DNA of 64,000 nucleotides from Naegleria gruberi (Eukaryota): the NCBI GenBank assembly GCA_000004985.1, contig GG738875.1. One strand, given 5' to 3'. Below, in pieces: positions 10,889 to 21,405 of this stretch (the first letter of the stretch is position 1; each line of letters starts with the position of its first letter). The translations under genes and the position numbers were made by a program. The notes below the pieces were generated by a model. That model worked only from the letters and a program-made list of their open reading frames with translations. It made no database searches and was not told where the DNA came from.

Positions 10889-12326
10889 TTACTTTTTTGA
10901 TTTCTTATTTTTTGTGGATGGTTCTTCTGCTTTTCTCTTGGTTGATTTCTTGATCAATTGTCCAGATTCTAAAAAGAAAGCCCACATTATAAATTCTTCA
11001 TTTGATTTGGTTTTAGTTTGATAGTATTTGAAACGTTTGTCAATATCTTTACACACTTTCACACATGACTTGTAAATGGGTTTGTGTTGTTCGAATAAAT
11101 CTTCTTTAGCGCTTGGTGTTTTGTGAATCCATTCCAGTAATTCTGTTACGAATTTAAAAGTTGAGCTTTCGGTAAAGGACGAATTTTTAAAACATTCAAC
11201 AATAGTTGGATCCAAACGTGGAGATATCTCACTGAGTGCTTCAAGTTTTTCCAAAATAATGGATTTTCCATTGCTAAATAGCGTAAATAGTCCCATTTCA
11301 ACTCCTTTAATAAAATCAGAAAAGGGTATATTTTCCAATAATTTTCCAGGGTCATAACCATTAATCAAATCATTTCTCTTTAAAAAATCAAATATATCTT
11401 TGCTTGATTCTCCAATATCAGCATCACCTAGATTCTTATAGGCTAAAGAACACTGAAACTTTTGTTGAGATTTTACAACTAATATCTTAATTGGTTCACG
11501 ATCACGAAAAGAAATAGAGCTAACTTTTGGAAGGGGGTCTTTTGTGATTATATCTACTTTTTCACCAAGTACAATATTACAAAAGTCAATCTTATCATAG
11601 TTTTCCAGATAGTGTGAAAGTAATGCTCCTTGAATATAAAAGTTGCAACCATTTTGGCAATCAAATACTATTACATTTTTGAGCTTTTCTAATTTTTTCA
11701 TGGTTGGTGTGACAGTTTTCTCAACTAATTCAGTAAAAGCTCTAAAGTTGTTTTGGGATGATTTTGTTCGTGAACTAAATCTAGAATATACATATCTGTT
11801 TCTCGTGTCATTTTCAATCTTATCAAAGTTCAAAATAATTTGGGGTAACCAATACTGTGAAAAACCACCTCTAGAATCCCAATCTGTTATAAATTCACAT
11901 TGAGAAATAACAAGTGTTTCAACTTGTGTCAATTCAATTGCTCTAACAATTTCATTAGTAACTGTCATATTACATAATGTAATTCTCCTCACACCTCTGC
12001 ATCTATCAAGTATTTTCAACAAGTCAGTATATTCCATTTTACTTGGATTGATATATCCTATATTCGAATCAGTTAAAAGACATCTCACCTATCAACCTAC
12101 CAAAATTTAAATGTAAATTATAACGTGGATCACTAGCTGCTCTTTCCATCAAATAATTTAGAATTTCATTCCATGTTCTATTCACCCGAGAGAGTTTGAA
12201 AAAGAAAGGAAGCATCGGAAGGAAGGAAAGAATTTCATAGAATATTTCCATTGGTAAATCTTCCCATGATGAAGTTGGGACTGATGAGGTTTCGGCCAAG
12301 TGTATCTCAGTTTCTAGTTGCGCCAT
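10889..12326 (-). CDS. F-box/LRR-type protein; complement(join(10889..12057,12089..12326)), 31-nt intron complement(12058..12088)
   Basis: Exon 1 (ATG complement 12324..12326) encodes an F-box (SWEDLPMEIFYEILSFLP…RVNRTWNEIL). GTGAGA…ATATAG intron of 31 nt. Splicing joins …NFGRLIG to YINPSKMEYTDLL… in frame. The listed start of ORF 10889..12088 is the GTG of the intron donor, not a real start. Downstream Cys-containing LRR-like segments (ITLCNMTVTNEIVRAIELTQVETLVISQCEFITD). Confidence 0.65.
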
Positions 12327-12654
12327 TTTTTTTCTTGGTATTTGTGGATTGTTGTAAAGTTTATCAAGTTAAAACCGTAAGATTTTTAAATATCAAATTT
12401 TGTATAGAAATTAGTTAATTAACATTCTTAAATTGAAAAATCTCTTTTTATCAATGTTGTAATACAGTTTGTGTTGAATAAGGTGAAGGATCACTCGCGC
12501 ATTTCCACCAACCAATTTCGAAAGGGAGGATGCTGTAGAAGCGGGTTGCTATTTTGTTCATTGCTCCGGTTTTGGTCTTTTTGATTCTTTCAACATAATG
12601 ATGAATGCTCAAAACAACAAAAGCGCCTCTCTTCAATATTATTAAAAAGAATAT

Positions 12655-13625
12655 ATGAGCACCTCAGCAACAAACAATAGCAACAACATCAACACAGCAC
12701 CTCCTCCATCAGTAGCAGAACAATTATCATCATCAGATCAAAAGGGGAGCAGCAGCAACAATAAACAATCGTCATCAAGAGTACAAAAAACCTCATCAAT
12801 TATTAATATTATTTGTACAGCTTACGCCAGTTTAGCCTTCTTTTCTTTATGGATTCCAGCCTACTTTTGTTCAGTTCTTACCAACAAAATAACAAACCTC
12901 TTTGGATGGGATGTTCAAAAATCACTAACAAGTGTGTTTATGAGATGGAGTAGTAGAATTGCAGTTAAATTAAATCCATTTTGGACAGTTAGAACAATGA
13001 GCACCGACAAGGCACCTAAAGAAAATGGAAGATATGTGTTTATTTGTAATCATCAAAGTAATATGGATCCTATTCTGATAAATAGTGTGTTTAGATATAA
13101 TGCCAAGTGGGTTTCAAAGGATTCAATTTTTAATGTTCCATTCGGTAAGTTTGTTATAAGGTTGACTTGCAATTAAATCAAAATTAAATAGGAGGATATA
13201 TGATGAAGCATTGTGGTGACATTCCATTATCATTCAGTTCTGCTAATGTAGAAGATACAACTACTGAAAAACAAAGTGCCAAGAATTGCATGTCTAAATG
13301 TAAGGAATGGCTCGAATTGGACGTACCAATTTTCATGTTCCCTGAAGGAAGAAGATCTAATGATGGTGAACTTTTGGAATTCAAGAAGGGAGCTTTTATT
13401 TTGGCAAAACAAACTGATGCCAAGATTGTACCTTGTGCAATTCATGGAACTAAGGATATTTGGCCTGTTGGAATTGATTTGCCTGGACCTGGTAAATGCA
13501 TGTTTGTAATTGGAGATGTATTTGATTCTAAAGATTTTAAGGATGTGGATGAATTGACCAATTATTCAAAGCAAAAAGTTTTGGAACTCCAACAAATTGC
13601 TAAAAAGGAGTGTGCAAAGCTTTAA
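12655..13625 (+). CDS. 1-acyl-sn-glycerol-3-phosphate acyltransferase (LPAAT/AGPAT, PlsC family); join(12655..13144,13192..13625), 47-nt intron
   Basis: Acyltransferase block I HxxxxD (FICNHQSNMDPIL) in exon 1. Block III FPEGRRS and block IV (VPCAIHGT) in exon 2. GTAAGT donor at 13145 and TAG acceptor ending 13191; frame-consistent with phase 1. N-terminal TM segment. Confidence 0.8.
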
Positions 13626-13692
13626 TTTATAAACGTTATAAAAGTGAAATAACTGTTAGAAAGATTCGTAGCAATAAATAGTTTAACTTTAT

Positions 13693-14205
13693 CTATTTTT
13701 CATGATTTAGAAGTCGCTTAAAGAGAATATCCTTGAAGGTTGACACATTGTCAAATCTTTTGATATCAAACCTGTGTTCAACTCTTTCCAATAATTTCCA
13801 TAAATAAATATCAGCCCAACTCATTTGCCCACCAACTAGAAAACCATCTGTTTCTGGAGAAAGAAGGTTTTCTAAATATTGAAACAGTTCTTCTAGATCT
13901 GATGCAGATATTTCATCTTGTTTCAACAAGTCGCTAAATATTTCAACAAACTCATCCGAAAGTGTTGCATCATTAAGTGTCTCTGTCGGATACAGCTTTG
14001 CCAATCTTGCTAAATATCTACCAATTGTACTGGAATGAAGATTCGAATAATGAGCATTGAGAAAATGACCACTCTCCTTCTTTTGATTAATCAAATCCTC
14101 TTCCTCTTTTGAGTGAAATCGAATGGAAATTCCACTCATTTGGGCCATAGTTTCAAAAACACCTTTGAAATTAGAGTGTCTATTAGATATTGTCAAACCT
14201 TTCAT
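13693..14205 (-). CDS. Small GST C-terminal-domain-like protein (170 aa)
   Basis: ATG at complement(14203..14205). Helical region with GST-C-like motif (…DGFLVGGQMSWADIYLWKLLERV…). No N-terminal thioredoxin-fold half present. Weak assignment. Confidence 0.4.
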   Translation of the reverse strand: MKGLTISNRHSNFKGVFETMAQMSGISIRFHSKEEEDLINQKKESGHFLNAHYSNLHSSTIGRYLARLAKLYPTETLNDATLSDEFVEIFSDLLKQDEISASDLEELFQYLENLLSPETDGFLVGGQMSWADIYLWKLLERVEHRFDIKRFDNVSTFKDILFKRLLNHEK

Positions 14206-14302
14206 TTTTTAATTAAGATACAAAGAATAAAAAACCAAATTAATAGAATTTCTTTTTTTAATTAATTTACTTTCTAGCAACTGATATCCAGTTGTACAAA
14301 AT

Positions 14303-15982
14303 TTAATAACCTCCTTGTTCTCCAAAGATATTAATAATTTGAGCATTATTTGGATTTGGAGTTCCAATAATTTCTGAATGCTCAGATTTAATCCATCCCC
14401 AAAGATAATCAGCCATCAAAGATTGACCAGGTTGACTAAGATGGAAACCATCGAATGGTTCAATTAAATCTTTTGGTTGACCACCTTGTTTAACCCACAT
14501 TTGGACAACTTCCTTCAATGGGAATTCATGATAGTACATCTTAAAGTTCTTGAAAGAGTATTTTTGAATAATCTTATCATAAACAGTTGAAAGCAAAGCA
14601 GCTTGAGCACTAGTAATATTACGAATAGTACCATTAGTATTCATCCAACCATAACATGGATTAGATTCCAAACAATTCAAATAATCATACATTTGTGGAT
14701 ATGAAACACCGAGTGGATGCATTTGATCCTTTAGGAATTCAAACAAAAAACCACCTTGAGCCATACCAACAAAGACTACACTTGAACCAGCAGGTAAAGT
14801 TTGTTCCAAATAATTCAATGTAACCAAAACGTTAGCTTCAAATTCCTCAGGTGTTGTAAAGTCCAAACTGTGACTTGGAGCACAAACGTCATTACCAACA
14901 AGAGCATAGAATGCAAGAACAGGTTGATCATTCTTTTGATCTCTCTTGTAAGTTAAAGAAATATCCTTCATAGCACCAGTTCTAGCACCATTAACAGCAA
15001 TTGTAGCATAATCTCTATGCATACATCTATTGTGATTTCTCATATGTTTGTAAATTGATGAAGAAAGACCAGGAGTCAAATCAGAGAATGTATCATTCAA
15101 AAATCCAGTACCCCATGAAAGCATTGGCCAATCAGCTTCATTAGTAATAATTTCCCACAATTGCTTATAAGTATCAGCAGTCATGTATTTTGGTTCAAAA
15201 AGTTGTGGTGGAATTCTAAAGTGAGCTGAGAGAGAATCACCAAAAACGACAACACCCTTTGTTTGAGTACTATTACAGAACATATCTTCATAACTCTTAC
15301 CACTCTTATCATAACCAAATACACCATTACAATTATGATCATAAAGTGGAGATAAACTTGAAGTCTTTCTTCCAGGATAAATAGCAGCATTGTTATCATT
15401 ACAATCCTTTCCTCTCCATGCAGATCCTCTGAATGCAAATTCTGTAGAGTAAGTATCACCATCAATGTCAACAAGTGGTGTGTGATCACTCAATGATTTA
15501 ACAATTGGTCCAGCAATAATATCAAAGAATTCCTTAATCCAATCAATCTTGCCACTAAATCTTGTTGTTGTCCTTTTAGAGCTATATTTAGTTTGACCTG
15601 GTTTGAATAATGTACATTGTGGATATTCCTTGCATGGTCCTAATTCTCTGCAAATGATATCAGGAGTTTGTTTTTCTTCGAACATTTTGATCAAAGTTTG
15701 AGCTTCAACTGCAACGAAAACTTTGCAAAATGATGAAAGTTTATCTGGGAGAATTGAACACCATTCACTCAAAGATTTTTCAATTGGTTGTTCTTTATAA
15801 TTGACATAACTTTCTATTGATCTGAAAACTATTGTACAGCCCACACATTTGGCTCCTTCGCTAGCTCTTGTTTGATGACTCAAATAGAGTAACACAACGA
15901 CAAGGCTTGCCATCATGAGCGTCACTGCAGAGGAGAGAACTGATCTCTTCCCTCCTCGATTATTGTTGTGTGTTTGTTGCAT
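14303..15982 (-). CDS. Acyloxyacyl hydrolase (AOAH)-like secreted lipase: signal peptide + saposin-like domain + GDSL/SGNH hydrolase domain
   Basis: N-terminal hydrophobic signal (LSSAVTLMMASLVVVLLYLSHQTRA). Saposin-B-type cysteine pattern (CVGCTIVFRSIESYV…CSILPDKLSSFCKVFV…CRELGPCK). GDSL motif VVFGDSLSAHF. Long SGNH-hydrolase region. Domain order matches AOAH. Single exon. Confidence 0.8.
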   Translation of the reverse strand: MQQTHNNNRGGKRSVLSSAVTLMMASLVVVLLYLSHQTRASEGAKCVGCTIVFRSIESYVNYKEQPIEKSLSEWCSILPDKLSSFCKVFVAVEAQTLIKMFEEKQTPDIICRELGPCKEYPQCTLFKPGQTKYSSKRTTTRFSGKIDWIKEFFDIIAGPIVKSLSDHTPLVDIDGDTYSTEFAFRGSAWRGKDCNDNNAAIYPGRKTSSLSPLYDHNCNGVFGYDKSGKSYEDMFCNSTQTKGVVVFGDSLSAHFRIPPQLFEPKYMTADTYKQLWEIITNEADWPMLSWGTGFLNDTFSDLTPGLSSSIYKHMRNHNRCMHRDYATIAVNGARTGAMKDISLTYKRDQKNDQPVLAFYALVGNDVCAPSHSLDFTTPEEFEANVLVTLNYLEQTLPAGSSVVFVGMAQGGFLFEFLKDQMHPLGVSYPQMYDYLNCLESNPCYGWMNTNGTIRNITSAQAALLSTVYDKIIQKYSFKNFKMYYHEFPLKEVVQMWVKQGGQPKDLIEPFDGFHLSQPGQSLMADYLWGWIKSEHSEIIGTPNPNNAQIINIFGEQGGY

Positions 15983-16392
15983 TTTTTTGAAGTATCACTT
16001 ATTCGTTGTTGTGAAACCTAACTCCTTGATTCACTCCACAATAATAGAAGAATATTTTCATAATATGAAGAGTTTATTCTTCCGTTGTTACATCTATTGG
16101 TTTCTTCTTGCTGTCAATGAAGCAATAGAGATTACAATAATGTCTTGGTTTAGAAAAGACCAGTTAAATACTCCTTGACATTTAATAAGTAGGGCCTTAT
16201 GGATTCTTAATAAGGTTTTCATAAGCTGAAAATATCTTAACCATTGATTTTACGTCTTGATGGATTGTTATTCAATAAGCATGCATTGATTTTACTGTTG
16301 TTGGACACAATTGAAAACTGACCTCTTGAAATTTTCCTTTCAACAAATGATCTTATTGGTACGTAATAACGAGGGCACACAATCAGGAAGCT

Positions 16393-16404
16393 AAACCCGC
16401 CAAA
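16393..16404. promoter_or_regulatory. E2F-like motif (TTTGGCGGGTTT on minus strand) in the bidirectional AOAH/USP14 intergenic region
   Basis: Plus strand aaacccgccaaa. Lies in the 718-bp divergent promoter region between AOAH (minus) and USP14 (plus). Motif match only. Confidence 0.2.
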
Positions 16405-16700
16405 TAATAGATCTTATCAAAGGCTCTATTCTTAGTAAAACGAGAGAATACCAAGAATAAGAATCTTAATTCAATCCATCACTTGAAGTGTTGTAGATGG
16501 AGAACTCACTGTAAGCCAGCTAACACATTATCCAGGTTGCAAGCAAAGCAAATGGTGTTGCTCGGATTGTTGTTCTTAAAATAAGTTGTTGGCTTTTTTT
16601 TAATTTCATCACTTCAAAAAAATTGGAAGAATACAACATCAAGGATTACTCTTTGCTTGCTCAATTCGTCATCAATTTTATACATTGTACAATAATATAA

Positions 16701-18208
16701 ATGTCTACAACAATTACTTTAAAGTGGAACAAGTCAACTTTTGACAATGTCGAAATTGGGGATTTAAAAACTGGTTTAGATTTCAAGAAGAAATGTCAAG
16801 AATTAACTGGTGTTCATCCTGATAGACAAAAAATCATGGGTTTGGGAGCTGGTATCTTGAAAGATAATCAAGAATTGAGTGCTGTTAAAGTTAAGGCTGG
16901 TCAACTTGTTAGAATGATGGGGTCTGCTGATGAATTACCAGAACCACCAAAGGAAAAAACAGTTTTTATCGAAGATACTGCTAAAGAAAATGGTGATGGT
17001 GAAGTGGTAAGTAATTTTGATTCCGATCACAAATATTCATTTCCTCTTAGCAATATTATCCAGCTGGTTTGGAAAATTTAGGAAATACTTGTTATATGAA
17101 TTCTGCCCTTGAAAGCTTTAGATACGTTCCAGAATTGAGAGAAGCTATTGAACATTTTGATGGATCGTCTGTTAGTGAATTGTTGGAAAAGGATAAGGAA
17201 ATTGCCTCTGAATTGAAATCATTGTATAAGAGATTGGATACTGCTAATGATTCTATTTCACCAATTACATTTTTAGAAGCTTTCAGAAAGGCTTATCCAC
17301 AATTTGCTGAAAAGGAACGTACTGAATTGGGAGAATTTTATTCTCAACAAGACTCTGATGAATTTATTACTAATTTATTAGGATCTTTGGAAAATATGCT
17401 CAAAACTAGTGATCGTAATGTTGTCAAGGATTTATTCGAAGGTGAATTTGATGTCAAGTAAGTTATATTCGAAAGTACTTGTTACTTATATTGCTTTTAC
17501 AGACTTCAATGTACAGAATGTGAAGAAGCTCCAACTGTCACAAAGGAAGCTTGGAAGAAACTTTCATGCTTTATCTCACAACAAGTAAGCAATTTACCTT
17601 ATGGATTACAAAAGAGTTTAGATGGTACTTTGGAAAAAGAATCTCCAACTCTTGGTAAAACTGCTGTATATACTAAAACTCAAAGAATTTCCAAATTGCC
17701 AAATTATTTGGTTGTTAACTTTGTTCGTTTCTTCTGGAAGCAAAAGCAACAAGTTAAGGCTAAGGTTTTGAGAGATGTCGCCTTCCCATCTGTTTTGGAT
17801 ACTTTTGAATTGTGTACTGATGAATACAAGAATAAGTTGAAGGAAACAAGAGAAAAGATGAGATTGGACCGAGAGGAAGAAATGAAAAAGAAGAAGGAAG
17901 AACAATTAAATAATTTGGGACAACAAGCCAAGAAGCAAAAGACTGAAGAAACTGACAAGACACCACTTTATCAAGTCAATGATAGTGGTTGGTTTGAATT
18001 GTGTGCTGTAGTTACTCACAAGGGTAGAGCAGCCAACGAAGGTCACTACGTTGCTTGGGTTAAGAATGATGCTGGACAATGGTTGCAATTTAACGATGAT
18101 GATGTCACTGCTGTTACTGAGGAAGAAGTCAAGAAATTGAGTGGTGGTGGAGATTGGCATACTGCTTATTTGTGTCTCTATCGTAAAGCACGTAAACTCA
18201 ATTTATAA
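16701..18208 (+). CDS. USP14: Ubiquitin carboxyl-terminal hydrolase 14 (USP14/Ubp6): N-terminal ubiquitin-like domain + USP catalytic domain; join(16701..17006,17051..17457,17503..18208)
   Basis: Ubl domain (TLKWNKSTFDNVEIG…QKIMGLGAGILKD…MMGSADELPEPPKEKTVF) closely parallels human USP14. Cys box GLENLGNTCYMNS spans the exon1/exon2 junction. Introns: GTAAGT…TCTTAG (44 nt) and GTAAGT…TTTTACAG (45 nt). Exon 3 …LQCTECEEAPTVTKE…SCFISQQV…SPTLGKTAVYTKTQRISKLPNYLVVNFVRFFWK matches USP14 collinearly. Confidence 0.9.
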
Positions 18209-18280
18209 ATCATTTACATTTTGTCATCACTCTTATTGTCACGATTCAAAAAGAACTTGGTTTATTAAGGTTGTATTGAA

Positions 18281-19609
18281 TTACAATCTCGATCCTCGAC
18301 TTATATCACTCATGGTGTATGAATTATTAAAATCTAAATCCTGATCTTGCGACCACTTGTGTGAAATCCACAACTTGAAATCTCTTGGATCAATAAACAA
18401 ATTCATACGAAATGACTCAATGAATGACTCTCTACTTGCTAATAATGATCCCATCGTATTGCCTCCCCCACCAAATATCATATTCCAAAATCCATCATTC
18501 TTCTTTTGTGATGGATTTTGCATGCCATAAGCATTCTGAACCTTTTGATTGTCTCTAATGAAAAATGTAAGCTTTTTACAATCACACTCAACTGGCAATG
18601 CTTCCTCTGAATGAACCAGCATGATATTAAGATAATCATTGAATTTCTCTACCAAAATTTGATTAATACAGTCGAACTGTTCTGTTGAAAGGGCAATTTC
18701 ACAACTATTACAATTTGTAATGTTGAAAACAACTAGGAAATTATCACAATTCCACACTTGAAAACAAACTCCAACATTGTCCTCAATGAAGCAACCAAGA
18801 TACTTTTCATTGAAAAACAATCCTTCTAAATCCACAAGTTTGCATCCAGAGTAAATATTTTCCATCAAATTCTTGTAACTTTGAAAATTGGTTACAGATC
18901 TTGGATTTAACTTTTGTTTTTGTGTAACACTCAATCCACTCAAAAGTGAAATGATGTTAAGATTGTGTCTTGAGGGTATCATTCCACATGCATCTGCAAA
19001 CGCCGAGTTTCTGTCATCTATCAACATACAATATTGAATGTCAAGTTTCAATTGTAGTTGAGTAAATAGCGAATTGAAAACTGAAAATAAACTTGATGGT
19101 ATAGATGTAAAATTCTCAACCTTATAAACAAGTGCTATTCTAATTTTCTTATTTTGAAACCTAATCTCTCCTACTGTGAATGCAACTCCAAATATATCAA
19201 AATCATTCAAAGAACAGTTTTTCGTGTGGTTTCGTCCATTATCAATCTCCATGTTTGATTGATAATGCATCTTGAGCACAAACTTTTCACTCACCACATC
19301 CAAATTATGACACGGCATGAACCCCAAATCAGTTTCCAATGTTAAAACATTGGCAATATTTGCATCATCCTCCTCTTGTATGACATTCCACTCCCTATCC
19401 ATAAATAAATGTTGATGAGGTTGATGTTCTAATAGAGAATCCACCAATTGTTTAATTTTATTGGCTTTTGGGAGAATCCTCTTGTTGTTGTTAAGTGAAG
19501 AAGCTGCCGGTGGAGAGACAGTATCAGGACATGAAGAGCTCACTGTTTTAAATGTAGATGTGCTGCTGGTTTGATGATGATGTGGCGATGAGGAAGTTGA
19601 AGACCACAT
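18281..19609 (-). CDS. Hypothetical protein (442 aa) with Ser/His-rich N-terminus
   Basis: Uninterrupted ORF with ATG at complement(19607..19609). Coding-like composition. No domain recognised. Confidence 0.5.
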   Translation of the reverse strand: MWSSTSSSPHHHQTSSTSTFKTVSSSCPDTVSPPAASSLNNNKRILPKANKIKQLVDSLLEHQPHQHLFMDREWNVIQEEDDANIANVLTLETDLGFMPCHNLDVVSEKFVLKMHYQSNMEIDNGRNHTKNCSLNDFDIFGVAFTVGEIRFQNKKIRIALVYKVENFTSIPSSLFSVFNSLFTQLQLKLDIQYCMLIDDRNSAFADACGMIPSRHNLNIISLLSGLSVTQKQKLNPRSVTNFQSYKNLMENIYSGCKLVDLEGLFFNEKYLGCFIEDNVGVCFQVWNCDNFLVVFNITNCNSCEIALSTEQFDCINQILVEKFNDYLNIMLVHSEEALPVECDCKKLTFFIRDNQKVQNAYGMQNPSQKKNDGFWNMIFGGGGNTMGSLLASRESFIESFRMNLFIDPRDFKLWISHKWSQDQDLDFNNSYTMSDISRGSRL

Positions 19610-19937
19610 AATATCTTGTGTTTTCTTTTTATTGATTGTTGAGTATTATGCTATCCTAGATTGATGAAAGCTTATTGGAATCGTCTTTTTTCCGCTCATT
19701 TTCTATTATGTTACATTCATGTAATAACAAGTACCACTTGTATCCATTGTGTGAAGGGGATTCCAGTACAGATCGATTTTAATTGACATTCATTCTCCCA
19801 AATCAGGTCATTGGATCAAACACAATTTTCCATTACATGAATTAAACTGTTAAATAGGGTGGTGTAAATCTTATCGTGATAAGTTTTTATGGATTTGTTG
19901 TTGTATTGATTAATTATTATTGTAAAAATTAACAATC

Positions 19938-19948
19938 ATTTTGGCGCC
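19938..19948. promoter_or_regulatory. E2F-like TTTTGGCGCC motif (inverted overlapping half-sites) 35 bp upstream of the importin-alpha-like ATG
   Basis: caTTTTGGCGCCATTTTtt. The core GGCGCC is palindromic and flanked by T-runs on both strands. Motif match only. Confidence 0.25.
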
Positions 19949-19982
19949 ATTTTTTAAAGTTTGATAAAAATTTAAAAAAATA

Positions 19983-21386
19983 ATGCAAGACAATAATTTA
20001 TTGTTTTCTGGTAATAATTCTAGCAGAAAACATGCTTCTATTAAATCACAGAGTGAAATATCCTATTCACAGAGGAAAAATAATCGGATTGACTTGCAAA
20101 AACAAGCACATAAACAAAAGAGAAATCAATTATTGGAGCAATTAAAAAGAAGAAAGGTTTCCGACACTGTAAATGATGATGCCACCCAAGGAAGTGATTA
20201 TGTATATAATATTGGAGTATTTTGCAATGTTTTACTTTCACAAGAGTCTTCAATTCCTCAAAAAATCAATGCAATGAAACAATCGAGAATTATCTTGTCA
20301 AAATGTGATCCCGATACTTTGACAAATATTTTGGAAAAGAATGATCAATTTATTAATCTATTACATCAATATTTAACTTGTAAATATTCCGAGTTGCAGT
20401 TGGAATCTGCATGGTGCATTACAAATATAGCTGCTATGAAGGATGAAAGTGTTTCATTTTGCATTCCTACTCTGATACAATTGATTTCAAATTCATTCTT
20501 GGATGTGGTATTACAAGAACAGTGTATATGGGCTCTTGGAAATATTTCTCTGGGATTTTATAATAATACTCCTCTATCGACTGTTATTATACAGAATGGT
20601 GCTATTCAATATCTGTCTAATACTATCAGAACATGTAGAGCCAAAGAAATTCTCAAAACAACTTTATGGTGCGTATCGAATATTATTAGAAACGAGATTT
20701 TACATATGAAACACAATACACCAGAACATAATCAGCAAATATTTGGATGTCTTGGTCAACTGTATGAACCAATAATTTACCAATTACTGAAAAGAAATTT
20801 GAGTGATGATGGAAACATTTCAGATTTGTTATATGTGTTAAGCTATTTAACTGCTTATCCTCTCACTGACATGAGCAACTCTACAAATTTTGTTCAAATA
20901 TTTATCAAATATTTAACCCCACAAAAACAAGAATTTATAACACCAATTATACGGATTATTGGAAATATATTTTGCTCTTACAACTTATTTTCAGCATTGG
21001 ATCAGAACTTATCTTTAGAATTAATGAACTTGTTGTCTAACATTCCAGATAAAAACAAGGAATGGTGCTACATGATGGGAAATATATCTTCGTATGAGGA
21101 AATCAATGAGATTCTCATTCAACAATATCACCTTCTTAATATTGTAATAGATACTCTCAAAATAGCCATCAATTCTGATATTTCGAACAATAGCGAATTG
21201 GTGCGTGAGACTGTCTATACTATAATCAACCTGACAACAGCTAATCATAACAAATACCTAACTAAGGAAATATTGGAACTGATTCAACGAGTAGCTCAAA
21301 CCTATACATTTGACGAGAATGAAAATAATCAACAATTCAAAATGGTTCTTACACAATTCTTCGACTATGCTTCCAGATTACAATAA
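19983..21386 (+). CDS. Divergent importin-alpha (karyopherin-alpha)-like ARM-repeat protein with IBB-like N-terminal motif
   Basis: Basic IBB-like segment (QRKNNRIDLQKQAHKQKRNQLLEQLKRRKV). ARM repeats with the importin-alpha hallmark W-x-x-x-N motifs (ESAWCITNIAA…, CIWALGNISLG…, LWCVSNIIRNE). 467 aa, shorter than canonical importin-alpha. Confidence 0.55.
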   Translation: MQDNNLLFSGNNSSRKHASIKSQSEISYSQRKNNRIDLQKQAHKQKRNQLLEQLKRRKVSDTVNDDATQGSDYVYNIGVFCNVLLSQESSIPQKINAMKQSRIILSKCDPDTLTNILEKNDQFINLLHQYLTCKYSELQLESAWCITNIAAMKDESVSFCIPTLIQLISNSFLDVVLQEQCIWALGNISLGFYNNTPLSTVIIQNGAIQYLSNTIRTCRAKEILKTTLWCVSNIIRNEILHMKHNTPEHNQQIFGCLGQLYEPIIYQLLKRNLSDDGNISDLLYVLSYLTAYPLTDMSNSTNFVQIFIKYLTPQKQEFITPIIRIIGNIFCSYNLFSALDQNLSLELMNLLSNIPDKNKEWCYMMGNISSYEEINEILIQQYHLLNIVIDTLKIAINSDISNNSELVRETVYTIINLTTANHNKYLTKEILELIQRVAQTYTFDENENNQQFKMVLTQFFDYASRLQ

Positions 21387-21405
21387 AAAAAATGCAAACA
21401 TAAAT

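Noticed and set aside
12478-12488. Shared 11-mer GGTGAAGGATC at 12478..12488 and 27205..27215
   Set aside because: A single 11-mer coincidence in 64 kb is within chance expectation. No extended similarity around it.
12451-12636. 61-aa minus-strand ORF in the F-box/LPAAT divergent promoter region
   Set aside because: Short, no start context, overlaps the GC-richer promoter segment with a CCAAT-like element. Most likely non-coding.
17580-17600. GTAAGC at about 17587 inside USP14 exon 3 (caacaaGTAAGCaattt) as a possible extra intron
   Set aside because: Reading through keeps the frame and reproduces the USP14-conserved segment SCFISQQVSNLPYGL. Splicing here would delete conserved residues and break the frame into ORF 17630.
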